Source: Polycladomyces zharkentensis
GTDB taxonomy: Bacteria; Bacillota; Bacilli; Thermoactinomycetales; JIR-001
Assembly: GCF_016938855.1 (NCBI RefSeq)
Contig: NZ_JAFHAP010000018.1
Location: forward strand, 9,825-33,824
Direction of reading: 5' to 3'
Length of the DNA: 24,000 bases
Shown: one piece after another, positions 1 to 8,534 of the stretch
How the letters are laid out: each line of letters opens with the position of its first letter
Numbering within the stretch: position 1 is the first letter of the stretch
Made by a program: the position numbers and the translations under genes
Notes under the pieces: model-generated
Told to the model about the DNA's origin: nothing
What the model saw: the letters and a program-made list of their open reading frames with translations, nothing else
The model's database searches: none

Positions 1-1016
1 ATCAGTTGAAAATGGCCGGTATCGTTCAATTGGTTTTGTATGTCGTCATCATCACCTTCACTATCGAAGGGCTGGGAATGGTCGCATTGGCCTTCCAGTG
101 GGTACCGCAATTCGGTTGGGAAAAAGGCTTGTACTATTCCTTTTTTCATGCCGTTTCCGCCTTTAACAATGCCGGCTTCGACTTGTTCGGCGATGTGTAC
201 GGGAAATTTTCCGGGTTGACGCATTTTGTTGAATCGCCGATCGTCAATTTGACCATTACCAGTTTGATCATTCTCGGCGGGGTCGGTTTCATCGTCATCG
301 TAGAGCTGTTGCAATACCATCGAACCAAACGGTTGAGTCTACATACCAAATTGGTGCTGTCCGTGTCGGCCATCTTGATCGTATCCGGCATGCTGTTGAT
401 CATGATGGTGGAATGGATGAACCCCAAAACACTGGGTCCCCTGTCTTTCGGCGGCAAAATCTTGGCCGCTTATTTCCAATCGGTTTCACCGCGGACAGCC
501 GGATTCAATACAGTGGACATTGCAGGTTTGTATCCGACGACGCAATTTCTGATCGTGATTTTGATGTTCGTCGGGGCTTCTCCCAGTTCGACGGGAGGCG
601 GGATCAAAACAACGACACTGGCTGCCATACTGTTGTCTGTGTGGGCCATGGTACGGGGGCATGACGATGTGGAGTCATTCCGTCGACGCATCCCGAGCAC
701 ACAGGTGTATAAAGCGTTGACGGTCACGGCGGCCGCCTTGACGTTGGTGATTGCGGTGACGATGGTATTGACCATCACGGAAAGTCATTATTTGGGCCGT
801 GACATCCTGCCGGCACTGTTTGAAACGGTATCTGCCTTCGGTACGGTGGGATTGACGATGGGATTTACGCCGCACTTGACGGTGGCGGGCAAACTGTTGA
901 TCGCGTTCACGATGTTTGCCGGACGGCTTGGACCGGTTACCATCGCATTTGCCGTCGCCAAACGGAATGAATATCGTCCGTTCCGATATCCGGAAGAACG
1001 ACCGTTGATCGGATAA
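1..1016 (+). CDS. TrkH/KtrB-family potassium uptake membrane subunit, 5'-truncated by window edge
   Basis: ORF 6-1016 stays open in frame to the window start. It is a polytopic membrane protein with four pore-loop-like motifs (SAFNNAGF, SPRTAGFNT, SSTGGGIKT, SAFGTVGLT) typical of TrkH/KtrB. About 336 aa are present versus about 450 aa typical, so the N-terminus lies upstream. Confidence 0.9.
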   Translation, partial: QLKMAGIVQLVLYVVIITFTIEGLGMVALAFQWVPQFGWEKGLYYSFFHAVSAFNNAGFDLFGDVYGKFSGLTHFVESPIVNLTITSLIILGGVGFIVIVELLQYHRTKRLSLHTKLVLSVSAILIVSGMLLIMMVEWMNPKTLGPLSFGGKILAAYFQSVSPRTAGFNTVDIAGLYPTTQFLIVILMFVGASPSSTGGGIKTTTLAAILLSVWAMVRGHDDVESFRRRIPSTQVYKALTVTAAALTLVIAVTMVLTITESHYLGRDILPALFETVSAFGTVGLTMGFTPHLTVAGKLLIAFTMFAGRLGPVTIAFAVAKRNEYRPFRYPEERPLIG

Positions 1017-1267
1017 GGACCGAAAACGAGGGATAGAGGGATTAAGGGAGTTATGCCGCAAGAAAGAACACGTCCGGCTTTTAGGGGGGATGGTTTGGGT
1101 ACCGATGATGAACGGGGCAGATCATGATGACATGCAAAGCATGAGGAAGGGATGGCCGGATCACCACTGGTGCGTGGGGAGGAGCCGAGCATGGGACAAG
1201 GTTTGACAGGGACGGCTGTTTTGTCGCTCTCACGGATCGCAGGAGTGCTTGCCTGGGGGGGAATGTC

Positions 1268-1918
1268 ATGTCTTCACCAGATGCGTGGCCTGCATTGATT
1301 CAGACGATACCCCAGTGGCTGGGTGTATGGTTGGGTTCGGTGGCGGTGGGCTTGGTTGTGACGGTTCTCAATCTGGCGGTAGCATTACCTGCGGCAAAGG
1401 TGTTGTTTCAAGTGAGGTGGAAGGGAAAACCGATCCTGCCGGGCTTCTTTCTGTTCGTGATCGTACTGTTGGCTTTTGCCTTGGGCATGATGGGGATGGA
1501 CAAGGGACCGGTGGGTTTGGCACTGATGGTGTTCGTTCCCACCCTCCCCACTTCCATCCTCATGTTGACCTATGCTTATCAATGGATCGGGAAAGAAATG
1601 ATGGAGCAGGCCAGTACCTTGGGTGCCTCTCCGATCCAGGTGTTTTGGACGATCACCCTGCCCCTGCTGCGGCCCGTGATCAAAGTGGTTTCTTTGTTGG
1701 TTTTTTTCACCGCATCCGGACAATCCCTTTTGATCCGGTGGATGGAAGGCGGTCGTTCCCTTGGGATCCCCGTACGGATTCATGACGGTTTGAACCGCAC
1801 GACTGGCATGGTTTGCATGTTCCTGTTTGTTGCTTCCGGTATCGTTGCACTGATCTGGATGTGGTGGATGGAACGAAAACACAACGGCAGACGTTCGCAA
1901 GGGGAGGGATGCGGTTGA
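1268..1918 (+). CDS. ABC transporter permease (binding-protein-dependent importer type)
   Basis: ORF 1268-1918 has a G-rich RBS (GGGGGGA) 5 nt before the ATG. It has several hydrophobic spans and an EAA-loop-like segment, EQASTLGASPIQVFWTITLPLLRP. Its stop overlaps the start of the ATPase gene. Confidence 0.8.
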   Translation: MSSPDAWPALIQTIPQWLGVWLGSVAVGLVVTVLNLAVALPAAKVLFQVRWKGKPILPGFFLFVIVLLAFALGMMGMDKGPVGLALMVFVPTLPTSILMLTYAYQWIGKEMMEQASTLGASPIQVFWTITLPLLRPVIKVVSLLVFFTASGQSLLIRWMEGGRSLGIPVRIHDGLNRTTGMVCMFLFVASGIVALIWMWWMERKHNGRRSQGEGCG

Positions 1919-2991
1919 AAGAAATGTTGAAGTTGGAAAGATGGACCGCATCGCAGAACAGAAAAACAGTGTTAAAGGACATTCAGCTATCGGTGCATCA
2001 AGGGGAAATTTTCGCCTTTCTCGGCCCGGCAGGTGCAGGAAAAACCATCCTGCTTAAAACCATTGCCGGGCTGCATCCGATTCAGCGGGGGCGCATCTGG
2101 TTAAACGGAATGGATATCACGGCACAGTCCGCCCATCGGCGCAATGTCGTGATGGTGTTTCAAGAAGCAAGGTTGTTTCCCCATATGACGGTGGCGGAAA
2201 ATGTGGATTACGGGTTGCGTTTTCGGAAATTGCCTCCGGATGAACGGAAAAACATGGTGCACAACGCATTGACATGGGTCGGGATGGCGGAAATGGCAGA
2301 CCGGATGCCATCCGGGCTTTCAACCGATCAGCAACGTCGCGTTTCATTTGCGCGTGCACTGGTGTTGCAACCCGATCTGTTGTTGCTGGACGAGCCGTTG
2401 AGAGACTTGGAACCGTGGGTGCGGCAAGATCTGCGGAACCTGCTGAAAGAATTGCTGCACAAGCTCGGAATGACGGCCATCCTCTCCACACGGGAACGCG
2501 AGGAAGCGGTTCAATTGGCGGATCGAATCGCCATCCTCCATCGAGGACGTATCCTGCAGGAGGGAACGGCCAGACAGTTGGTCGACAAACCGGCTGAACC
2601 CGATGTGGCGAGGTGGATGGGATCAGCCGTTCTGATCCGGGGAGTTTGGCGAAAACGAGTGTGGGAAACGGATGTCGGATCTTTCCCCGTTGCGGCGTTT
2701 CCCCGTACTTTTCCGGAAGGAGCGGTTGTCAGCGGTGTGATCTACCCCTGCGATCTCCAGACAGCCGGCTGGTCGCAGCCCATTGGAGAGCGAACGCTGC
2801 GATTGGAGGGCAAATGGATGTATTCCACAGATACGGGAAGGGAATATCAGCATCACATTCAGTTGGACAATGGTGTCCGGGTGTCTGTCTCCAGTCGACG
2901 CCCTTTGGAACGATCGGAAAACGGACGGGTTGCCCTGTTGGTGGAAGCGGACCGCATCCCATTGTTTGCAGATGAGAAACATTTGTTATAA
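1909..2991 (+). CDS. ABC transporter ATP-binding protein with C-terminal regulatory (TOBE-like) extension; degenerate catalytic motifs
   Basis: The reading frame is that of ORF 1813-2991. The likely start is ATG 1909 (overlapping the permease stop, ATGCGGTTGA) or ATG 1924. It has Walker A GPAGAGKT, a Q-loop FQEARLF and Walker B LLLLDEP, with LSTDQ where the signature motif is expected. A C-terminal extension of about 120 aa resembles CysA/ModC/PotA/MalK-type importer ATPases. Confidence 0.85.
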   Translation: MRLKEMLKLERWTASQNRKTVLKDIQLSVHQGEIFAFLGPAGAGKTILLKTIAGLHPIQRGRIWLNGMDITAQSAHRRNVVMVFQEARLFPHMTVAENVDYGLRFRKLPPDERKNMVHNALTWVGMAEMADRMPSGLSTDQQRRVSFARALVLQPDLLLLDEPLRDLEPWVRQDLRNLLKELLHKLGMTAILSTREREEAVQLADRIAILHRGRILQEGTARQLVDKPAEPDVARWMGSAVLIRGVWRKRVWETDVGSFPVAAFPRTFPEGAVVSGVIYPCDLQTAGWSQPIGERTLRLEGKWMYSTDTGREYQHHIQLDNGVRVSVSSRRPLERSENGRVALLVEADRIPLFADEKHLL

Positions 2992-3015
2992 TGATAGAAA
3001 AACATCATTCTTTTG
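2990..3015 (+). terminator. weak AT-rich hairpin plus T-run after the ABC ATPase gene
   Basis: AATGAT (2990-2995) pairs with ATCATT (3004-3009) and is followed by CTTTTG. The stem is short and AT-rich. Confidence 0.4.
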
Positions 3016-3103
3016 AGGTATGATTTGTCTTTTGTTTCAAAAAATGTTGTCATAGTGGAATCATGAAGAACCTGAATCTTGACAATTGAATGGAGGGCGA
3101 AGC

Positions 3104-4024
3104 GTGGGAGAGCAGATGATTCCACTGTTCGACGGAGTCGGACATCCAGTGTGGTTGGACCGGGAAGAATTTCGCAAAGAGGTGATCCCCCAACATTTGG
3201 AGGCGGAATGGAATCATCCGGAGGAATTGTACACCTTTGTGGTGCAGATTTTTCGGGACGGTTTTGTTGAAGAAGCCGATCGCGGCGCCGACCGATTGCT
3301 GGAGTTGTACAACCGGGCTGAAGGTGTTCTTCTGTTGAAATCGCTGATCCTGTTGCGCAAGGGTGAAGACGAAGAAGCGGAAACCTTGGTGCGTGAATGC
3401 ATGGAGAAGTACCCGGATCGTGGAATGGCACACACCTTCTTGGCCCGTATTTATGACAAACGGGGAGACCGGGAAGGTGTGATCGATTCGCTGCGCAGGG
3501 GACTGGAGCTGGAACCCAATCAGGAGACGGCACTGTTGTGGTGGGTCGATCTGACGATCGAAGAAGGCGGCAAGAGCAAGGCGATAGAGGAACTGAAGCC
3601 GTTTGTGGAGAAAGAAGGGGCTTGGTGGCCGAAATTGATCGCGGGTCGTCTTCATCTGGAAGAGGGGGACACCTCAGCAGCGGTTCATCTTTTCAACCAT
3701 GTGCTGGAGTGGTTTCGATCCCGACGGGATGAACAGACGCCCCCGTCATTTGATGAAGAGATCGCGTTGATGACGGTCGTCACCATATTGAGCAAACACG
3801 GATGCCGGGACGAATTAATCACGCTGTGTGATCAGTATTGTCGGACGGATCACTCCACACCTTTTGCGGTTCTGGATTATGCACAGGCGCTGGTCGAAGT
3901 GGGGCGTATCGAGGAAGCGGTCGACCGGTTGCAACAAGCTTCCAACTTCGTCCTTCCCGAATATGTGCATTTGGTGGAACGAAAACTGTCGGAACTGAAG
4001 CAACGGTTTTCATTGAAAATCTGA
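3104..4024 (+). CDS. TPR-like repeat protein (hypothetical)
   Basis: The frame is that of ORF 3086-4024. GGAGGG at 3092-3097 lies 6 nt before GTG 3104; ATG 3116 is an alternative start. Helical-repeat segments such as AHTFLARIYDKRGDREGVIDSLRRGLELEPNQ match the TPR pattern. Confidence 0.6.
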   Translation: MGEQMIPLFDGVGHPVWLDREEFRKEVIPQHLEAEWNHPEELYTFVVQIFRDGFVEEADRGADRLLELYNRAEGVLLLKSLILLRKGEDEEAETLVRECMEKYPDRGMAHTFLARIYDKRGDREGVIDSLRRGLELEPNQETALLWWVDLTIEEGGKSKAIEELKPFVEKEGAWWPKLIAGRLHLEEGDTSAAVHLFNHVLEWFRSRRDEQTPPSFDEEIALMTVVTILSKHGCRDELITLCDQYCRTDHSTPFAVLDYAQALVEVGRIEEAVDRLQQASNFVLPEYVHLVERKLSELKQRFSLKI

Positions 4025-4055
4025 ATTCCGACTGACGGGACAGTCTAATCATGAC

Positions 4056-4090
4056 AGCCTCCGGTTATTGTCAAACGGAGGCTTTCTTTA
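4056..4090 (+). terminator. rho-independent terminator
   Basis: AGCCTCCG (4056-4063) pairs with CGGAGGCT (4076-4083) and is followed by TTCTTTA. Confidence 0.7.
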
Positions 4091-4116
4091 TATCATGGAA
4101 AGAAGGAGTGTGACGG

Positions 4117-4446
4117 ATGAGCCATCTGTGGTATGAATTGATCTACGACGAACGTCTTGGTATTGAACGCCCGGTGTTGCACGTGGCATATGATCAGTTG
4201 ACCCTGGAGCAACAAGACGAGTTCGAAATGGTTTGTCAACGGGTATGTGCCCAAATTCCCCCGCAAATCAAGCTGCTGGAGCAAGCTTATATGGATTGTT
4301 ATGAGCGCTTGAAACAGGCGGACGGGGACGAGGCGTTTTATGAGACGATGGAGAAAATGAACGACATTTCCAGCCGCATATGTGATCTGAATGTTTTGTT
4401 TTTGCAAATTGAAGGCAGTTTTTTGGCCAGTCGAGCGCATACATGA
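4117..4446 (+). CDS. small acidic hypothetical protein (109 aa)
   Basis: AAGGAG lies 8 nt before ATG 4117. The ORF is bracketed by + strand terminators on both sides. I recognise no domain. Confidence 0.6.
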   Translation: MSHLWYELIYDERLGIERPVLHVAYDQLTLEQQDEFEMVCQRVCAQIPPQIKLLEQAYMDCYERLKQADGDEAFYETMEKMNDISSRICDLNVLFLQIEGSFLASRAHT

Positions 4447-4479
4447 CCAAGCAGGGATTCCTCGCTTGGTTTTTCTTTT
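4446..4479 (+). terminator. rho-independent terminator
   Basis: ACCAAGC (4446-4452) pairs with GCTTGGT (4464-4470) and is followed by TTTTTC. Confidence 0.8.
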
Positions 4480-4495
4480 GGTCAAACGAAGGGAA

Positions 4496-4531
4496 TTAAC
4501 GTTGACGTTAACGTTAATCTTTCGGTACAAT
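4496..4531 (+). promoter_or_regulatory. sigmaA-like promoter with palindromic operator upstream of the merR-family gene
   Basis: The -35 is TTGACG (4502-4507) and the -10 is TACAAT (4526-4531), with an 18-nt spacer. A perfect 10-bp palindrome TTAACGTTAA (4508-4517) sits in the spacer. A second TTAACGTT lies at 4496-4503. Confidence 0.5.
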
Positions 4532-4558
4532 GAATATCAATTGAAGAGGTGACCTGCC

Positions 4559-5014
4559 ATGGCTTGGCTCAAAATTGAAGATGTCGCAAGGGAAACGGGA
4601 TTGACAAAGCGGGCGATCCGTTATTACGAGGAGATTGGGTTGTTTCAGCCCAGCCAGCGCAGTGACAGCGGGTATCGCCTGTATACGGACGCAGATGTCC
4701 AAGAATTGAAACGTGTGGTGGACATCAAGGAGGTATTGGGATTTTCGTTGCAGGAGATCCAGCAGTTTATGGAGCTGGGCAAACGCATTGAGGCATATCG
4801 TCGGGATTACAGCCAAGCCACAGACCCGGCGGTGAAACGGCAGGATATCAGGGAGATGCGGGAAGCGCTGGAACAGCAGTTGCAGATGGTGGAAGCGAAA
4901 ATGAGGAAGATGGTGACGTTTCAGCAAGAAGTGCAAAACATGTTGACCCAGCTCCGGAAGATAGAAGAGACAATGGAGGGAGAGAATGAAAAGCGTGGGT
5001 TCGATGATACCTGA
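4559..5014 (+). CDS. MerR-family transcriptional regulator
   Basis: The N-terminal winged-HTH sequence KIEDVARETGLTKRAIRYYEEIGL...SGYRLY is classic MerR. It is followed by a long coiled-coil and overlaps the downstream efflux gene. Confidence 0.9.
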   Translation: MAWLKIEDVARETGLTKRAIRYYEEIGLFQPSQRSDSGYRLYTDADVQELKRVVDIKEVLGFSLQEIQQFMELGKRIEAYRRDYSQATDPAVKRQDIREMREALEQQLQMVEAKMRKMVTFQQEVQNMLTQLRKIEETMEGENEKRGFDDT

Positions 5015-6164
5015 TGAACATGAGCGACGGGCGCGGCGCAGTATTTTGACCACCTGTTTGGCGGCATTGTTCGGCTTTATGGGAATCGGTGTGGTGGACC
5101 CGATTTTGCCGATCATCGCCAATCAGATCGGCGCGACACACTGGCAGGTGGAAATGCTGTTTACCAGCTATATTTTCATGATGGCGTTCATCATGATCCC
5201 CAGCGGGATCTTGGCCGCGCGTTGGGGCAGCAAACGAATCATGGTGTGCGGACTTTTTCTGGTGGCGGTCTTTGCATCGGCTTGTGCGATGTCATCCACC
5301 ATCGGCCAATTGATGGCATTTCGTGCCGGTTGGGGAATGGGCAATGCGATGTTTTTCGCCACATCCATGTCCATCCTGATCGGGATGGCTGCCAACTTGG
5401 ATCAAGCCATGGGTTATTATGAGGCCGCTTTGGGGATGGGTATGTCGTTCGGTCCGCTGTTGGGCGGATTGCTCGGTCAGTTCGGATGGCGGTATCCGTT
5501 TGTGGCCACCAGTGTCCTGATGCTGTTGGCGTTTGTACTGACGATTCTCCTGGTTCAGGAGCCAAAAGGTCAGGCCAGCCGACGTGCCGGTTTCGGCGAC
5601 TTTGTCTCCGCCCTCGCATATCGTCCTTTTCTGTTGGTGGCCGTGGCGGCGATGCTGTACTACTACGCCTTTTTCACCGTTTTGGCTTATTCACCCTTGT
5701 TGTTGAAGTTGGATGCCATTTCTTTGGGGCTGATTTTTTTCGGATGGGGTGTCGGTTTGGGGATCGGTTCCACCAAGTGGGCGCACGGATTGTTGCATCG
5801 CCATTCGCCGATGTGGGTGGTCCGTCTGGGAGCGGGACTGATGGCGGCCGTACTGCTGTTGGTGCTGCTGTCGCCCAACAAAGTGATCACGATCGCCGTG
5901 ATCGTATTGTCGGGTTTTGTGTCCGGGTTGAACAACACCGCATATTCGACATTGGCGATTGAGACATCCCAAGCCCAACGGAGCATCGCTTCAGGTGCGT
6001 ACAATTTCATTCGTTGGCTGGGTGCCGCCGTGGCACCCGTGACGGCCGGATTCGCCTCCACGTTCTTTCCGACGGCACCGTATGCGATCGCGTTATGCTG
6101 CATGCTGATTTGTGCAGGACTGCTGATGTCGTTCAAAAGCACGCAGACACCGGTTGCATCATGA
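4986..6164 (+). CDS. MFS transporter (multidrug-efflux type, 12 TMS)
   Basis: GGAGGG lies 6 nt before ATG 4986. The 392-aa protein is strongly hydrophobic, with an MFS-like loop (GILAARWGSKR) between the predicted TM2 and TM3. It is coupled to the MerR gene by a 29-nt overlap. Confidence 0.9.
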   Translation: MKSVGSMIPDEHERRARRSILTTCLAALFGFMGIGVVDPILPIIANQIGATHWQVEMLFTSYIFMMAFIMIPSGILAARWGSKRIMVCGLFLVAVFASACAMSSTIGQLMAFRAGWGMGNAMFFATSMSILIGMAANLDQAMGYYEAALGMGMSFGPLLGGLLGQFGWRYPFVATSVLMLLAFVLTILLVQEPKGQASRRAGFGDFVSALAYRPFLLVAVAAMLYYYAFFTVLAYSPLLLKLDAISLGLIFFGWGVGLGIGSTKWAHGLLHRHSPMWVVRLGAGLMAAVLLLVLLSPNKVITIAVIVLSGFVSGLNNTAYSTLAIETSQAQRSIASGAYNFIRWLGAAVAPVTAGFASTFFPTAPYAIALCCMLICAGLLMSFKSTQTPVAS

Positions 6165-6184
6165 TGATAAACTCGTCTTCACCC

Positions 6185-6222
6185 CAGGCTCCGCCGCCAT
6201 TTTCGCCGGTGGAGCCTGTTTC
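6185..6222 (+). terminator. rho-independent terminator after the MFS gene
   Basis: CAGGCTCCGCCG (6185-6196) pairs with CGGTGGAGCCTG (6207-6218) with one G-U pair, and is followed by TTTCCCC. Confidence 0.75.
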
Positions 6223-6311
6223 CCCTTCTTGTATGGCAAAATTAACCTTTTTACATTTGCTCATCCTTTACTAAAATAAAGAAGGGCGAATTTCAATAGA
6301 AAGGTGGGAGA

Positions 6312-6349
6312 AGACGAGTCGAAGCCCACTTGACGGACTCGTCTTTTTA
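6312..6349 (+). promoter_or_regulatory. terminator-like hairpin inside the 5' leader of the APC permease gene (candidate attenuator)
   Basis: AGACGAGTC (6312-6320) pairs with GACTCGTCT (6336-6344) and is followed by TTTTT, ending 7 nt before ATG 6356. A possible promoter is TTTACA (6250-6255), a 16-nt spacer, then TAAAAT (6272-6277). Confidence 0.5.
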
Positions 6350-6355
6350 TCTGAT

Positions 6356-7786
6356 ATGGTGAAACGGAAAGAACTGAACTTGTTTTCGTTGATTGCAATT
6401 GTGGTCGGCACGATGGTGGGCGGTGGTGCGTTCAATCTGCCGAGCGACCTTGCCGTCGCGGCCAACAGTGGTCCTGTGCTTATTGGTTGGCTGATTACCG
6501 GGGTCGGAATGATTGCATTGGCATTGGTTTTGCAAAATTTGGCCGTGCGCCGTCCCGATCTGGACGGAGGGATCTACAGTTTTGCCCGGGCAGGATTTGG
6601 TGAATTTTTGGGATTCAACAGTGCATGGGGATACTGGGTGTCGGCGCTGTTGGGCAATGTGGCCTATGCTACTTTGTTGTTCGGTTCACTCAGTTATTTC
6701 TTCCCCATGTTTGGCAAAGGGAACAACCTTCCCTCCATCGTTTTTGCATCCGTTTTGCTGTGGATGCTCCACTTTCTGATTCTGCGCGGGGTGAGGGAAG
6801 CGGCGTTATTCAACCTCATCGCGACAATCGGAAAACTGGTGCCCATTTTCCTCTTTTTGATTCTGATGGTTTTTGTGTTTCACTGGGATGTTTTCGTCCG
6901 TGACTTTTGGGGAACGGCTCAGGGTTTCGATTGGTCGGTGGTCAAACAACAAGTGAAAGACACCATGCTGGTGACACTGTGGGTCTTTGTCGGGGTAGAA
7001 GGTGCCGTCGTGCTGTCCGGACGGGCCAAGCATCGACAAGATGTGGGCCGGGCCACGGTTATCGGACTGCTGGGCACGATGGTGATCTACGTTTTGATCT
7101 CTGTCCTCTCCATGGGCGCACTCAGCCGAGGGACGCTGGCGAAACTGCATGAGCCATCGCTGGCGTATGTGCTGGAACACGTTGTCGGACCCTGGGGAGC
7201 TGTGATCATCAACTTGGGATTGGTCATTTCCCTGTTGGGGGCGATGCTGGGTTGGACGCTTCTGGCCGCCGAATTGCCGTATGTGGCAGCCAGAGACGGA
7301 ATCTTTCCCCGTTGGTTGGGCAAAGAAAACCGCAACGGCAGCCCGAGTGGGTCGTTGTGGTTGACCAACGGGCTGATTCAATTGTTCATCATCATCGTCC
7401 TCTTCTCTGAGTCGACCTATCAGGTGGCGTATTCATTGGCCAGTGTCGCCATTCTGCTGCCTTACCTGTTTTCGGCACTGTACCAGGTAAAACTGGTATG
7501 GACAGGTGAAGGGTACGCTGAGGGCGAATCCCGAGGCAAAGATTTGCTGCTTGGAATTGTGGCTGCGCTCTACGCGTTGTGGCTTGTTTATGCCGCCGGG
7601 TTGGATTTTCTTTTGATGACGGCGATTTTGTATGCGTTGGGCATTTACTTCTATATTTCCGCCCGCAGGGAAAATGGCAAAAAAGCATTTCGCGGTTGGG
7701 AATTGTCGCTTGCTGCCGGAATCCTCATCGCAGCCGGTGCGGCAGTCTATCTGATTGCTGTCGGCCAGTTGTCCCCGGCGGGTTGA
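6356..7786 (+). CDS. APC-superfamily amino acid permease, basic amino acid/polyamine antiporter (ArcD/YvsH-like)
   Basis: The 476-aa protein has about 12-13 TMS. Its N-terminus, KELNLFSLIAIVVGTMVGGGAFNLP, matches the ArcD/APA-family signature region. Confidence 0.9.
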   Translation: MVKRKELNLFSLIAIVVGTMVGGGAFNLPSDLAVAANSGPVLIGWLITGVGMIALALVLQNLAVRRPDLDGGIYSFARAGFGEFLGFNSAWGYWVSALLGNVAYATLLFGSLSYFFPMFGKGNNLPSIVFASVLLWMLHFLILRGVREAALFNLIATIGKLVPIFLFLILMVFVFHWDVFVRDFWGTAQGFDWSVVKQQVKDTMLVTLWVFVGVEGAVVLSGRAKHRQDVGRATVIGLLGTMVIYVLISVLSMGALSRGTLAKLHEPSLAYVLEHVVGPWGAVIINLGLVISLLGAMLGWTLLAAELPYVAARDGIFPRWLGKENRNGSPSGSLWLTNGLIQLFIIIVLFSESTYQVAYSLASVAILLPYLFSALYQVKLVWTGEGYAEGESRGKDLLLGIVAALYALWLVYAAGLDFLLMTAILYALGIYFYISARRENGKKAFRGWELSLAAGILIAAGAAVYLIAVGQLSPAG

Positions 7787-7907
7787 TATTCCTGTAACAA
7801 ACGATTTCCATCATGAACCATTCCTTTACATTTTGGTAAATCCCATTTTCAACCCTATCAATTAAGAGTATGATAAGGAATGGTGAAGAAATCATGGACA
7901 GGAGGAA

Positions 7908-8534
7908 TTGGCGTTGTTGTTCAACCGAGCGAAGGATCGGGTCTTCTACCAAACATTGATCGACGCAGCTGCAAACCTCGTCGAAGCGATGCAACTGTTT
8001 CGCGAAAATGTTGAAACCCTGGAAGAGAAAGAGCAGTTCGCCGAACGGCTCAAAGAGCTGGAAGACAAAGGCGACGAATATACACACCTGATCATTCGGG
8101 AATTGAATCAAACCTTCGTGACACCGCTGGATCGGGAAGATATCCTGCAGTTGGCGGTCAAGTTGGATGATGTGCTGGACGGCATCGAAGCGTGCGCATC
8201 TCGTTTCGTCTATTTCCGTGTGCATCAAACCACGCCGTATTTGGTACAGTTCGCCGACATCCTGGAACGTTCCGCCAAGTACTTGCATGAAGCCTTCATC
8301 GCACTGGAAAAACGGGATTACGCCACGATTCGTAAACTCTCCGTCGAGATCAACTTGTTGGAAAATGAAGGGGACCGGCTGATGCGGGAAAGTGTGGGAT
8401 CGTTGTTTGAAAACCCGACTGACCCGATTGAACTGATCAAGATGAAAGAGATCTACGAGAAGCTGGAAGGCGTGACGGATACGACGGAAGACTTGGCGGA
8501 TGTGATGGAAAGTGTGGTTATGAAGTATGCCTGA
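7908..8534 (+). CDS. DUF47 (YkaA/PhoU-like) phosphate-transport accessory protein
   Basis: This is a helical protein, with the segment TPLDREDILQLAVKLDDVLD typical of DUF47. It overlaps the PiT gene by 8 nt. AGGAGG lies at 7900-7905, so the real start is more probably TTG 7914 than 7908. Confidence 0.85.
   Translation: MALLFNRAKDRVFYQTLIDAAANLVEAMQLFRENVETLEEKEQFAERLKELEDKGDEYTHLIIRELNQTFVTPLDREDILQLAVKLDDVLDGIEACASRFVYFRVHQTTPYLVQFADILERSAKYLHEAFIALEKRDYATIRKLSVEINLLENEGDRLMRESVGSLFENPTDPIELIKMKEIYEKLEGVTDTTEDLADVMESVVMKYA

Noticed and set aside
1191-1298. A 35-codon ORF with a good RBS upstream of, and overlapping, the ABC permease start
   Set aside because: It is too short, has no recognisable features and lies in a different frame from the permease. 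It is kept only as a possibility within the leader finding.
4093-4530. A 145-aa ORF on the - strand
   Set aside because: It is antisense to the 109-aa + strand ORF, which has the RBS and is flanked by + strand terminators. The - strand ORF would also run through the MerR promoter.
6227-6355. A lysine (L-box) riboswitch upstream of the YvsH/ArcD-like permease
   Set aside because: The leader is only about 70-130 nt long. It lacks the conserved L-box blocks (AGAGGCGC, GAGTA, GCCGAAG, CTGTCA).
7825-7852. PhoP-box-like hexamers in 11-bp register upstream of the DUF47-pit operon (TTTACA, GTAAAT, TTTCAA)
   Set aside because: Only the first hexamer fits the TT(A/T/C)ACA consensus, so the evidence is too weak to call.
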